This document shows positions 20,611-30,078 of a stretch of 64,000 nt of DNA, piece by piece; position 1 is the stretch's first letter, and the number at the start of each line of letters is the position of its first letter. A model generated the notes under the pieces. That model had not been told where the DNA came from, ran no database searches, and was given only the letters and a program-made list of their open reading frames with translations. Both the position numbers and the translations under genes were made by a program. The DNA is taken from contig JBFJCP010000017.1 in NCBI GenBank assembly GCA_041615815.1, positions 34,104-98,103 on the forward strand. Direction: 5' to 3'. The stretch comes from Gemmatimonadales bacterium (GTDB taxonomy: Bacteria > Gemmatimonadota > Gemmatimonadetes > Gemmatimonadales > GWC2-71-9).

Positions 20611-21884
20611 CGGCTCCTCGCGGGTGGATCGCCACCGCGCGCGCGAAGCCCAATGTGACCCTGCAACATCTGGGAACCGAATTGTCGCCACAGCCTGATC
20701 CGATCCGTCCACCGTAAGCGAGAATCGGACGGCCACACGAACTCGCTGACGGTGCCGGCGAGTTCGAGCGGCGATGCCGCCCACATCAGTTTCTCCTCGA
20801 GCGATCGGTGCGGGAGCCGCAGTGTTCCTTCGGCGATGATCGTCTGGACCACCCGCCGCAACCGGGGCGAGGCGGCGCTCACAACGGTCCGGCGGACCAT
20901 GGGGTCCACCGTTCCCGGTGCCAGGTGTTCGACGAGCTCGAACGCTGGATAGCAGAACCGCGAGAGGGCGGACTGTCGCAGCAGGGTATCGAGCGCATCC
21001 CAACGCAGCGCACCTGTGGCCGCGTCCGTCCGAATGACCAGCACGAGCTCGACGAGCCGAACGAGCCTCAGCTGATGAATGGCGTACGAGGCGTGAAGCG
21101 CCAGGAACGCGGTCAACAGCGGCTGTCCCAACCCCGCCGCCGCGCGAGCGCCAAGCGCGAACGGGACGGCCTGGCGCGGCCGGTTCGTCGTGAGGACCGC
21201 TGCCACGCCACGAGCGTAGCGGCGTCCCAGCATGACGTGGAGGTCCACGCTCCACGGATTGGCCCAGTGGTCCACGTCCAACGAGGGGATTGGGGCGACA
21301 TCCCGCTGGTCCTCCCATACCGAGCGAAACGGGCGCCGGCTTGTTTCGACTTCGTCAAATCCGCAGGCGCGGAGCCCACCAGCGGCCTCGGCGACGTGGT
21401 GTGGATCTACCAAGAGATCGACATCGCTCAACGGGCGAGCGCCCGGTTCCGGGAAGTATCGAGGGCCCGTATGCATGCCCTTGAGCACGGTGACGGATAC
21501 CTGACGTCGGTCGAGCTCATCCAAGAGGCCGCCAACTCTCTGCGCGAGCCGGTGGTACCGGCGACGTCCGTGCCGGAGATGTTCGGCAAGCTCAGCTTGC
21601 AGCGCCGGCGCGGTGCTGACGCTACCCCGCTCGATCCAGTAGCCCAAGAGTCCGCCCATCCCCGCGACATATGCGGCAGGACCAACGCCGACCTGAAGGG
21701 AGGGTGGGACGACCATGAGGGCGGTCATTTCCGGGCGCGTCAGCACGCTTCTGACGGTTTCGACGATCGCGAGCATGGCGCCGTCGAAGGTCTCGCGTCC
21801 AACCTCGGGCCACAGGACCCGGGGGTCGAGGGAGGCCTGCCACGCTTCGCGCCGAGCGTCCACCGCCGCGCGGCTGTTTGGCAT
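20607..21884 (-). CDS. Nucleotidyltransferase family protein (NTP_transf_5-like)
   Basis: VLKG...YFPEPGARPLSDVDLLV (DxD), VDLH and a C-terminal helical region (LHASY...LVEL). Confidence 0.8.
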   Translation of the reverse strand: MPNSRAAVDARREAWQASLDPRVLWPEVGRETFDGAMLAIVETVRSVLTRPEMTALMVVPPSLQVGVGPAAYVAGMGGLLGYWIERGSVSTAPALQAELAEHLRHGRRRYHRLAQRVGGLLDELDRRQVSVTVLKGMHTGPRYFPEPGARPLSDVDLLVDPHHVAEAAGGLRACGFDEVETSRRPFRSVWEDQRDVAPIPSLDVDHWANPWSVDLHVMLGRRYARGVAAVLTTNRPRQAVPFALGARAAAGLGQPLLTAFLALHASYAIHQLRLVRLVELVLVIRTDAATGALRWDALDTLLRQSALSRFCYPAFELVEHLAPGTVDPMVRRTVVSAASPRLRRVVQTIIAEGTLRLPHRSLEEKLMWAASPLELAGTVSEFVWPSDSRLRWTDRIRLWRQFGSQMLQGHIGLRARGGDPPARSR

Positions 21885-21961
21885 ATGGGACTCACGTTCT
21901 CCTATAGGTGAGCATAAGCTATATGCGTTGACGAAGCGGATCGAACTTCACTCCCCAGCCG

Positions 21962-23116
21962 ATGGCGGTGGACGCGTTGTTTCCAGGTTTGCGCGTCGCT
22001 CTGGTGCATGATTGGCTCACGGGGATGCGCGGGGGCGAGCGGTGTCTCGAGGCGCTGCTTCCGCTCTTCCCCGGCGCCGAGATCTTCACGCTGCTCCACA
22101 TTCCGGGCCGCGTGTCCCCCGCCATCGAGGCTCGTCCGATCCATACCTCGTACCTGAACGGCCCTCGCTGGATCCACCGCCGGTACCGGTATCTCCTGCC
22201 TCTGTTTCCCGGTGCGATCGAACGGCTCGATCTCACAGATTACGATTTCGTGCTGTCGGTGAGTCATTGTGTGGCCAAGGGGGCCATCCCGCGTGATGGG
22301 GCTCCCCATCTGTGTTACTGCTTGACGCCCATGCGATATGTGTGGGACCTCTATCAAACCTATTTTGGGACCGCGCGAGCCAATCTCGTGATGCGGGCGG
22401 TCATGCCCGGTGTGGCGCGGCGGCTCCGGCGCTGGGACGTTCGATCGGCCCAACGGGTGGATGCCTTCCTCGCCTGTTCCAACCACGTACGGCGTCGGAT
22501 CGAGCGACACTATGGCCGGATCGCGACTGTAGCGTACCCTCCGGTGGATGTGACGCGGTTCTCGCTCGGCCGCGAGCGCGATGACTTCTATCTGATCGTG
22601 TCCGCCCTCGAACCCTACAAGCGGGTCGATCTCGCCGTTGCGGCCTTCAATGAGCTGCCCAGACGACTGATCGTGGTGGGAGACGGCAGCGAATACGGGC
22701 GACTGCGGCAGCTTGCTGGCGGTACCGTCGAGTTCACCGGGCGGTTGCCCGATTCGGACATCGCGACCTTGTTGGCCCGGTGCCGCGCCTTCGTGTTTCC
22801 TGGTGAGGAGGACTTCGGGATGACTGCGGTCGAAGCGCAAGCCGCGGGCGCACCGGTGATCGCCTACGGGTGCGGTGGGGTGACCGAGAGCGTGATCGGC
22901 GTCGGGGCGGATGGCAACGAGCGCGGCGAGGCGACCGGGCTCTTCTTTACCACGCAAACGGTGCAGGCGCTCGCAGACGCGGTGCGGCAGTTCGAGCGAC
23001 TCACCTTCACGCCGCAAGCGGGACGACGGAGCGCCTTGCGGTTCTCGCCGGAGGCATTCCTGGTTGAGATGGAGCATCGCGTCAGCCGATTGCTCGGAGT
23101 ACCGCGTGCCGAATAG
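21962..23116 (+). CDS. Glycosyltransferase family 4 (WbaZ-like mannosyltransferase)
   Basis: VALVHDWLTGMRGGERCL, YCLTPMRYVWD and EEDFGMTAVEAQAAG. Confidence 0.92.
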   Translation: MAVDALFPGLRVALVHDWLTGMRGGERCLEALLPLFPGAEIFTLLHIPGRVSPAIEARPIHTSYLNGPRWIHRRYRYLLPLFPGAIERLDLTDYDFVLSVSHCVAKGAIPRDGAPHLCYCLTPMRYVWDLYQTYFGTARANLVMRAVMPGVARRLRRWDVRSAQRVDAFLACSNHVRRRIERHYGRIATVAYPPVDVTRFSLGRERDDFYLIVSALEPYKRVDLAVAAFNELPRRLIVVGDGSEYGRLRQLAGGTVEFTGRLPDSDIATLLARCRAFVFPGEEDFGMTAVEAQAAGAPVIAYGCGGVTESVIGVGADGNERGEATGLFFTTQTVQALADAVRQFERLTFTPQAGRRSALRFSPEAFLVEMEHRVSRLLGVPRAE

Positions 23117-24023
23117 ACCCACGGTCTCCGTCATCATTCCCACACACAACCGGGTGGGCCTCCTCATGCAGGCAGTGGCATCCGTCCGCGCGCAGACATG
23201 GTCGGACTGGGAGCTCATCATCGTGGACGACGGCTCCACGGACGGCACCGCCTCGTCGCTGGCACAACGTCCGGACCCGCGGATACAGGTCCATTCGCTC
23301 ACGCACTCGGGGAATCCGGCTCGCGCACGGAACGCCGGTACCCGACGAGCGTGCGGGGCATACGTCGCGTTCTTGGATTCGGACGACGTGTGGGAATCCC
23401 GCAAGCTCGAAACGCAGCTTAGGGCGCTTCACGAGGACGGTGATGCTCGGTGGTGCTACACCGCGTACCGGCTGATCGACCAGCATGGACGCGCGGTTCC
23501 GCCTCGGCCGCCACGTTCCTGGGTCTCCCGGTCGGGGTGGATCCTTCCAGACGTGATTTGCGAACGCCTTTCGGTTGCCATTCAGACGGTCCTGCTTGAA
23601 CGATCGTTGTTCGATGAGGTCGGAGGCTTCGATGAAGCGCTGCTCCACCGGGAAGACTACGACCTGATTCTCCGCGTGGCCGCGCGAGCGCCGACGGTGG
23701 CGGTGGAGGAAGCCCTGTGCCGTATTCGGGAGCACCCCGGGCGCATGACACGGACTCGAGACGACCGCGAGGAGTGGGCGGCTCGCATCTATCGAAAGCA
23801 CATGTGGGCAACTACGCACGGGCCCACGCGACGTCTGGCGCGTCGCCAGCACATTGCCAAGTTGGCTACGGCCGCGGGTGCGGCGGCGAGAATCAGAGGC
23901 CTCCGGGCGGGGGCGAGCCTGCTACGACAGGCGGTTCCATGGGGCATCGTCTCGTGGCGGTGGTGGGTGGGACTGGGCCGAGTGGGGATACACGGCATCC
24001 GACGACTCCTGGTTGGCGGGTAG
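23106..24023 (+). CDS. Glycosyltransferase family 2
   Basis: VSVIIPTHNR, IIVDDGSTD, ARN, AFLDSDD and EDYDL. Confidence 0.92.
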   Translation: MPNRPTVSVIIPTHNRVGLLMQAVASVRAQTWSDWELIIVDDGSTDGTASSLAQRPDPRIQVHSLTHSGNPARARNAGTRRACGAYVAFLDSDDVWESRKLETQLRALHEDGDARWCYTAYRLIDQHGRAVPPRPPRSWVSRSGWILPDVICERLSVAIQTVLLERSLFDEVGGFDEALLHREDYDLILRVAARAPTVAVEEALCRIREHPGRMTRTRDDREEWAARIYRKHMWATTHGPTRRLARRQHIAKLATAAGAAARIRGLRAGASLLRQAVPWGIVSWRWWVGLGRVGIHGIRRLLVGG

Positions 24024-24025
24024 CC

Positions 24026-25168
24026 GTGCTGGTGGTGCACGTGAGCTGTCATCTTGACCCCGCCGGGCGTCCTCCCGAGGAACTGCTCGCGGCTTGGCCC
24101 ACACTCACCGACGTGGCGGCGGCAGCGCAAGGCGAGGACGTCGAGATCACCGTGCTCCAGGCGGCAGAGCGGGATCTGGTGGTGAACCATGGCGGCGTTG
24201 CATGTCACTTCGTCGCCGAGCGCCCGTCCCGCGCACCGGCGCGGCTCATCGGTTCCCCGCCTGCCGCGGTTGGCCGACGCCTCGTCGAGCAGACCAGGAG
24301 GCTCGGTCCGGCCATTGTCCATTTCCACGGACTACGCTTTCCGTTTCAGATCCGGGGCTTCACGGCAGGGCTTCGGCAGACACCGGTGCTGGTGCAGGAA
24401 CACAAAGACCGTGTACCCCGCGTGTGGCGCCGTCCCATTCATCGATGGGGGTTGCGCGATGTCGCAGGCGTGGCATTCACTGCCCGCCGTCAGGCCGATC
24501 CGTTTCTGGCGCAGCGTGTCTTGCGGCCGGGGGTCTCGCTGTTCGAGATCGTCGAAACGTCGAGTCGGTTTGCGCCCGGCGATCGGGGCGCGGCTCGCAC
24601 CCGTACCGGTCTCGTTGGCGATCCCTGTCTCGTCTGGATCGGCCACTTGAACGCCAACAAAGATCCGCTCACGGTGCTGGAAGCCGTGCGTCGGGCGGTG
24701 CCGCATCTCAGGGATCCGCACCTCTGGTGCGTGTATCGTCATGCGCCCCTCTACGACTCGGTCATGGAGCATATCCACGGAGACGTCGCGTGGTCTCGAC
24801 GCGTGCACCTCATCGGTGAGCGGCCGCACGCGGACATCGAGCACATTCTCCGCGCTGCCGACTTTTTGGTCTTGGGGAGTCACGAGGAGGGCAGCGGGTT
24901 CGCGGTGATCGAGGCATTGGCGTGCGGCACGGTCCCGCTCGTGACGGACATTCCCTCGTTTCGTCGGTTGACCGCGGATGGGACGGTGGGTGGGCTGGCG
25001 CCTCCGGGCGATCCGGAACGGTTTGCGCAGATGATCGTCGCGTGGGCGAACCGCAAGGGCCGCGACATGCGTACTGCCGCGCGTGCTTGGTTCGAGCGAC
25101 AGCTCAGCTTCGAGGCGTTGGGTCGAGACCTGAGGAGCGCCTATCGTTCCCTCCGGGGAGGTGCATGA
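24026..25168 (+). CDS. Glycosyltransferase family 4
   Basis: WIGHLNANKD and SHEEGSGFAVIEALACG. Confidence 0.88.
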   Translation: MLVVHVSCHLDPAGRPPEELLAAWPTLTDVAAAAQGEDVEITVLQAAERDLVVNHGGVACHFVAERPSRAPARLIGSPPAAVGRRLVEQTRRLGPAIVHFHGLRFPFQIRGFTAGLRQTPVLVQEHKDRVPRVWRRPIHRWGLRDVAGVAFTARRQADPFLAQRVLRPGVSLFEIVETSSRFAPGDRGAARTRTGLVGDPCLVWIGHLNANKDPLTVLEAVRRAVPHLRDPHLWCVYRHAPLYDSVMEHIHGDVAWSRRVHLIGERPHADIEHILRAADFLVLGSHEEGSGFAVIEALACGTVPLVTDIPSFRRLTADGTVGGLAPPGDPERFAQMIVAWANRKGRDMRTAARAWFERQLSFEALGRDLRSAYRSLRGGA

Positions 25169-26277
25169 GGATCGGCGTCGTCGTTCCGGGCGGAGTGGAT
25201 CGGAGCGGAACGCACCGCGTCATCCCGGCGCTCCTGTGGCTCCTGGAACGGCTGGCGAAAACGCACGACATGCAAGTCTTCGCCCTCCGCCAGGAGCCGC
25301 GGCCGGCGGAGTACGATCTCGTCGGTTGCCGGGTGACCAACACGGGAGCGCCGCCGGTGCACGTCCGCACGTTGATAGCCGTGGCGCGGGCCCACCGCGC
25401 GCGGCCCTTCGATGTCTTTCACGGCGTCTGGGCCACGGGACCCGGGGTCATCGCCGGTGCACTCGGCCGGCGGTTTGGCCGGCCCACGCTCCTCCACGTT
25501 GCCGGAGGGGAGTTGACCTCGATCCCGGAGCTCCGCTACGGGGGGCTGCGTACCGTTCTCCGGGGCCGGGCGGTGCGGTGGGCCCTTGGTGCCGCCACGA
25601 GGATTACCGGCGCGAGCACGGCGATCCTCGAGGAGGTCGCGGCCTTGGGGCACCACGCGCACGAACTCCCACTGGGTGTGGCCGCGGACCGTTGGCCGCG
25701 GCGGACGCCCGCGGCGCGCCGGCCTGGTGCTCCCGCGCGTCTCCTCCACGTCGGTAGCTTGAACACCGTGAAAGACCTGCCCACGTTGCTGCGGGCGGTG
25801 CGGACACTGGTGGACGAAGGACGTGACGTCCGCCTGGACCAAGTGGGCGAAGACACATTGCGGGGGGAGGTGCAGCGGTTGACGGGTGAGCTCAGCCTGA
25901 CCGAACACGTCCGGTTCCACGGTTTCTTGCCCCACGATCGTGTGCGCCCGCTGATGGAGCGGGCGGATCTGCTCGTGGTTTCCTCGCGTCACGAGGCGGG
26001 CCCGGTGGCGGTGCTCGAGGCGGCCGTGGCCGGCGTGCCCGTCGTAGGCACAGCGGTGGGACACGTGCGCGATTGGGCGCCCGAGGCGGCGCGGGCCGTT
26101 CCCGTGGGCGATCATTGCGGTCTGGCGCGAGCGATTGCCGCGGTACTCGACGACGAGGAGTGTCGCGTGCGAATGGCGACGAAAGCTCAGACACGAGCGA
26201 TGGATCGCGACGCAGACTGGACCGCGTCCGAGGTGCTTCGCCACTATGGGGAGCTCGTGCGACGGCACCAGTCGTGA
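25165..26277 (+). CDS. Glycosyltransferase family 4
   Basis: MRIGVVVPGGVDRSG, HVGSLNTVKD and SRHEAGPVAVLEAA. ATGA overlap. Confidence 0.88.
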   Translation: MRIGVVVPGGVDRSGTHRVIPALLWLLERLAKTHDMQVFALRQEPRPAEYDLVGCRVTNTGAPPVHVRTLIAVARAHRARPFDVFHGVWATGPGVIAGALGRRFGRPTLLHVAGGELTSIPELRYGGLRTVLRGRAVRWALGAATRITGASTAILEEVAALGHHAHELPLGVAADRWPRRTPAARRPGAPARLLHVGSLNTVKDLPTLLRAVRTLVDEGRDVRLDQVGEDTLRGEVQRLTGELSLTEHVRFHGFLPHDRVRPLMERADLLVVSSRHEAGPVAVLEAAVAGVPVVGTAVGHVRDWAPEAARAVPVGDHCGLARAIAAVLDDEECRVRMATKAQTRAMDRDADWTASEVLRHYGELVRRHQS

Positions 26278-27047
26278 TGTCGAGCACCGCGCGGACGGAA
26301 TCCGCGGGGGAGGGCGTCCCTGAGCTCACCGTGGTGATTCCCGTGTACAACGAAGCGCCGCGGATCGGTGCGGTAATCCACTCGTGGGCTCGACAGTTGG
26401 ACGGGCTCGCGATCGACTACGTGCTCCAGGTCTACGACGATGGATCGACGGATGGCACTGCCGACGCGCTGGCGAGGATTGAAGCGTCAGTCCCCCGCCT
26501 CCGAATCACCCACCATCCCAATCGTGGCCACGGTCCCACCATTCTGCGAGGCTATCGCGAGGCTCGTGGAAGGTGGGTACTCCAGGTGGATGGGGACGGC
26601 GAGATCGATGCTCGGAGTATCACAGCGGCGTGGCCGCTCCGGGAGGAGCACGACATGGTGATCGGATTTCGGCGCGCCCGACGACTCCCGCCGGCACGGC
26701 GCCTGTTGTCATGGAGCGCCAGACTAGTCGTCCGCATGGCGTTTGCGACGCGTCTGCGCGACGTCAACTGCCCATTTCGTCTCATGCGGCGCGATCGGCT
26801 CCGCGACATGCTGAACGAGATTCCCGACCAGACCTTTGCACCCAACGTCGCGCTGGCCGGGTTGGCACACGCCGCGGGATTACGTGTGGTCGAAGTGGCC
26901 GTGGAGACCCCGCCTTCAGGCCGCGCCGATCGTCGGGGTCACGCCAATTGGCACGTGTACCGTGGGGCGGCTCGCGCCATGTTCGACACGGTGCGAATTG
27001 CGGCACGGCGTGGGCGCCGGCAGCGGCGGTCTGCGACCCGAGTGTGA
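26277..27047 (+). CDS. Glycosyltransferase family 2, polyprenol-phosphate glycosyltransferase (DPM synthase/ArnC-like)
   Basis: VVIPVYNE, DDGSTD, NRGHG, QVDGDG and DVNCPFRL. Confidence 0.82.
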   Translation: MSSTARTESAGEGVPELTVVIPVYNEAPRIGAVIHSWARQLDGLAIDYVLQVYDDGSTDGTADALARIEASVPRLRITHHPNRGHGPTILRGYREARGRWVLQVDGDGEIDARSITAAWPLREEHDMVIGFRRARRLPPARRLLSWSARLVVRMAFATRLRDVNCPFRLMRRDRLRDMLNEIPDQTFAPNVALAGLAHAAGLRVVEVAVETPPSGRADRRGHANWHVYRGAARAMFDTVRIAARRGRRQRRSATRV

Positions 27048-28444
27048 TGAACGATCCTGGTCGCGTGGTCATCGTGGGGGCGGGACCCGCGGGTCTGGGG
27101 GCGGCCTACCGACTCGAAGAGCTGGGCCACGTGGACTACGTGATCCTGGAGGCGAGGGATCATCCCGGGGGGCTGGCCACCAGCGTCATCGATGCTCGCG
27201 GATTCACGTGGGACGTGGGCGGTCATGTCCACTTCAGTCACTACGACTACTACGACCGGGTTGTCGACCAGCTCCTGGGCGACCGCCGAGTGTACCGTGA
27301 GCGCGAAGCCTGGATTTGGTTCAAGGGCCGGTTCGTGCCCTATCCCTTTCAGTACAACCTCCGATACCTCGATCCCGAGGATCGGGATCATGCCGTGACG
27401 GAGCTGCGGCGGGTGGCGACGAACCGAGCACGGCCGGCACGCAATTTCGATGGGTGGATCGAGCAGACCTTCGGGGCCGGCATCGCCGGTCTCTTCATGC
27501 GTCCGTACAACGAAAAGGTGTGGGGCTACCCCCTCGAGACCTTGGGCATCGACTGGATCGGGGATCGGGTGGCGGTGCCGGACATCGACCGGGTGGAAGG
27601 CAACATTCGCGAGGGGCGCGACGACGTAGGGTGGGGGCCCAATAACCGCTTCGCCTATCCCTTGGAGGGTGGAACCGGCGCCTTGTGGCAGGCCCTCGCA
27701 CGGGCGCTGCCGGAGGGTCGCATCGTGTTCGACACGTCCGTCCATCTGGTCGATCTCGCGAATCGCACGCTCGGTGTGAGCGATGGGCGGCGACTTTCCT
27801 TCGATACGCTGGTCTCGACGATGCCGCTGGATCGGCTCTGCGCCGCGTCAACCGGACTCGACGCGACCAGTCGGGCGTCCGCCCGTGGTTTCGTCCACAG
27901 CGCGGTCCACATCGTGGGAATCGGGCTGCGGTACGGCCGGCCCAGCGCGCTCGACACGAAGTGCTGGATGTATTTCCCCAGCGGCCGGAGTCCCTATCAT
28001 CGCGTCACCGTGCTGTCGAACTACTCGCCGCGCAATGTCCCCGCGGGTGACGGCTATTGGTCGCTCATGGCCGAAGTCACGGAGACACCGACGCGGACGG
28101 TGAGCGAACGCCGTGTCGTCGAGGAGGTCGCGGAGGCCCTCCGGCGCGATGGGCTGGTCACTCGCGACGCGAAGGTCGTGAGTACCTGGTACCGGCGTGA
28201 AGAGTACGGCTACCCCACGCCGTTTCTGGGTCGCGACGACCGGTTGGCCGTGCTGCTGCCGGCTCTGGAACGGCACCGGGTATTCTCCCGAGGTCGTTTT
28301 GGTGCGTGGCGCTACGAGGTGTCGAACCAGGATCATTCGTTCATGCAGGGTGTCGAGGTCGTGAACCGGCTCGTGGGGGTCGGCGAGGAGATCACTATTC
28401 GTCAACCGCAGGTTGTGAACCGCCCACGGCGGACACCGTCCTAA
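27047..28444 (+). CDS. FAD-dependent oxidoreductase, probable UDP-galactopyranose mutase of the eukaryotic (GlfA) type
   Basis: GAGPAG FAD motif, DVGGHVHFSHY, VPYPFQYN, FMRPYNEKVW, WGPN, GYPTP and SRGRFGAWRYEVSNQDHSFMQGVE. Confidence 0.75.
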   Translation: MNDPGRVVIVGAGPAGLGAAYRLEELGHVDYVILEARDHPGGLATSVIDARGFTWDVGGHVHFSHYDYYDRVVDQLLGDRRVYREREAWIWFKGRFVPYPFQYNLRYLDPEDRDHAVTELRRVATNRARPARNFDGWIEQTFGAGIAGLFMRPYNEKVWGYPLETLGIDWIGDRVAVPDIDRVEGNIREGRDDVGWGPNNRFAYPLEGGTGALWQALARALPEGRIVFDTSVHLVDLANRTLGVSDGRRLSFDTLVSTMPLDRLCAASTGLDATSRASARGFVHSAVHIVGIGLRYGRPSALDTKCWMYFPSGRSPYHRVTVLSNYSPRNVPAGDGYWSLMAEVTETPTRTVSERRVVEEVAEALRRDGLVTRDAKVVSTWYRREEYGYPTPFLGRDDRLAVLLPALERHRVFSRGRFGAWRYEVSNQDHSFMQGVEVVNRLVGVGEEITIRQPQVVNRPRRTPS

Positions 28445-30078
28445 GGCCTGGTGAGGCCGCGAGCCGAATCGGCGGCGGCGCGGTGCCGCCCTTCGAGCCA
28501 GTACACCTCGATCCTTCCGTAGGTCGAATCCTCCACGACGCCCACGAGTCGGGCGTCCCGATCGCGCATGAAAGCCTCGAATTCCGGATGACGATGGGCG
28601 AATGCCCCACCGTCTGCGCCTACCATATGGACACCCGTGTAATTGTCCAGGAACACGATGTCGGGTGAGATCCGTTCGAGAGCGGTTCGGAACGGAATGG
28701 GCTGATGATGAAAGCGCTCGTCACTGAGAAAGTGGGGAAGAAACCAGGATCGGTAGGGAACAAACGGGATCCCCAGCCAATTTTGCATTGCGCCGAGTAC
28801 GATGCCGCCAGGCATGAGCAATGGCTCGAGACGCTGCTCGAACTCTGCATACGGGGTGATGTGGGCGGCGGTGGCGCGGCGGCGCTGGATCTGCAAGCTT
28901 CCCTCCGCCACGACCAGTGCGACGGCGACCACAAGGAGGGGTCGTATCCACGACGAGTGGCGCTGCGGGCGCCACAGGCGGACGCCAAGCCAGGAGATCG
29001 CCACCACCGCTAGTGGCCAAGTGGCAATGGTGTAGAAGCGGAACTTGGCTTTGATGAGAAGAGCGAAGAGCAAGACCTGGCCCACGAGAGCGATGAGGAG
29101 GATCGCCGTATCGTTGGCAGTACGTCGCGTCGATGCGCGAGCGAGTAAGACCCCGGCGGTCGGAAGCGCGGCCACGACCAGCCAGGCGCCGGGCCGAAGG
29201 AGATAGGGGACGCCGCTGTCTGCCCGCCAATCCAGGAAACGAAATCGGTCGATTTCATGGACGAGATTCTGTACATAGAACTGCGGATCCAGCAGGCGAA
29301 AACGGTCGACAGCTACCAGGGTCTGACCTACGTAGTCCGGCCAGTACGCCCGGATCACGTAGAGCCATGGGGCGCAGACCAGCACGCACCCGGCTGTCAC
29401 CGCGTACATGGGAACACGCGCTAGCGCGATCCAACCGTGCCGCCACAGAAGAGCGATCTGGAGCACCACGAGCCAAAACACGCCATACAGATGACTCATG
29501 GTGGAGAGACCGATGACGAGGCCGGTCGCGAAGTGGAGCGCTCCGTTCGAACGCCGCTCCGCCAGGAGAAAGAGCCAGAATGCCAACATGCCGAATGCCG
29601 CTGCCATGACGTCCGGCCGAGCATAGCGGGCGAAATCGAGAAGCAAGATGCCGGTTTGTTCGCCACCGGTGCCGAGGCGGAGAAGGACGAGGAGCGTGGC
29701 CGCGACCGCAGCAGTTGCAGGACCGCCAAAGCGCCAACCAACGAGAAACACCCCAACGATGAGTACCGCGCCGGCAATGGCCGCGGGCAGGCGCATGGGC
29801 GCCAGTCCGACGCCCAAGATTTGGAAGGAGATCGCTTCGAGCAGCTGGGAAACCGGAGGGTACCATACGTAGTGATGCTCCGAGTTGTAATACCCCGTGT
29901 AGAGGTCGGAGCCAAAAACGCCTTCGCTGATGAGCTTCACAGCGGGGCCGGCGATCCAGGGTTCGTCAACGAATATCGGCGGCAGCACCCCGAGGTGTTC
30001 GATCGTGACGGCGAGGTAAAGCGCGAGCACCGCCACGAGCACGGACCACGCGAGAGCGGAGGTGTACGGCGGCTTCAC
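28441..30078 (-). CDS. GT-C fold glycosyltransferase (ArnT/PMT_2, family 39/83-like)
   Basis: VDEPW acidic loop after TM1, ARYARPD and many TM segments. Confidence 0.78.
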   Translation of the reverse strand: MKPPYTSALAWSVLVAVLALYLAVTIEHLGVLPPIFVDEPWIAGPAVKLISEGVFGSDLYTGYYNSEHHYVWYPPVSQLLEAISFQILGVGLAPMRLPAAIAGAVLIVGVFLVGWRFGGPATAAVAATLLVLLRLGTGGEQTGILLLDFARYARPDVMAAAFGMLAFWLFLLAERRSNGALHFATGLVIGLSTMSHLYGVFWLVVLQIALLWRHGWIALARVPMYAVTAGCVLVCAPWLYVIRAYWPDYVGQTLVAVDRFRLLDPQFYVQNLVHEIDRFRFLDWRADSGVPYLLRPGAWLVVAALPTAGVLLARASTRRTANDTAILLIALVGQVLLFALLIKAKFRFYTIATWPLAVVAISWLGVRLWRPQRHSSWIRPLLVVAVALVVAEGSLQIQRRRATAAHITPYAEFEQRLEPLLMPGGIVLGAMQNWLGIPFVPYRSWFLPHFLSDERFHHQPIPFRTALERISPDIVFLDNYTGVHMVGADGGAFAHRHPEFEAFMRDRDARLVGVVEDSTYGRIEVYWLEGRHRAAADSARGLTRP

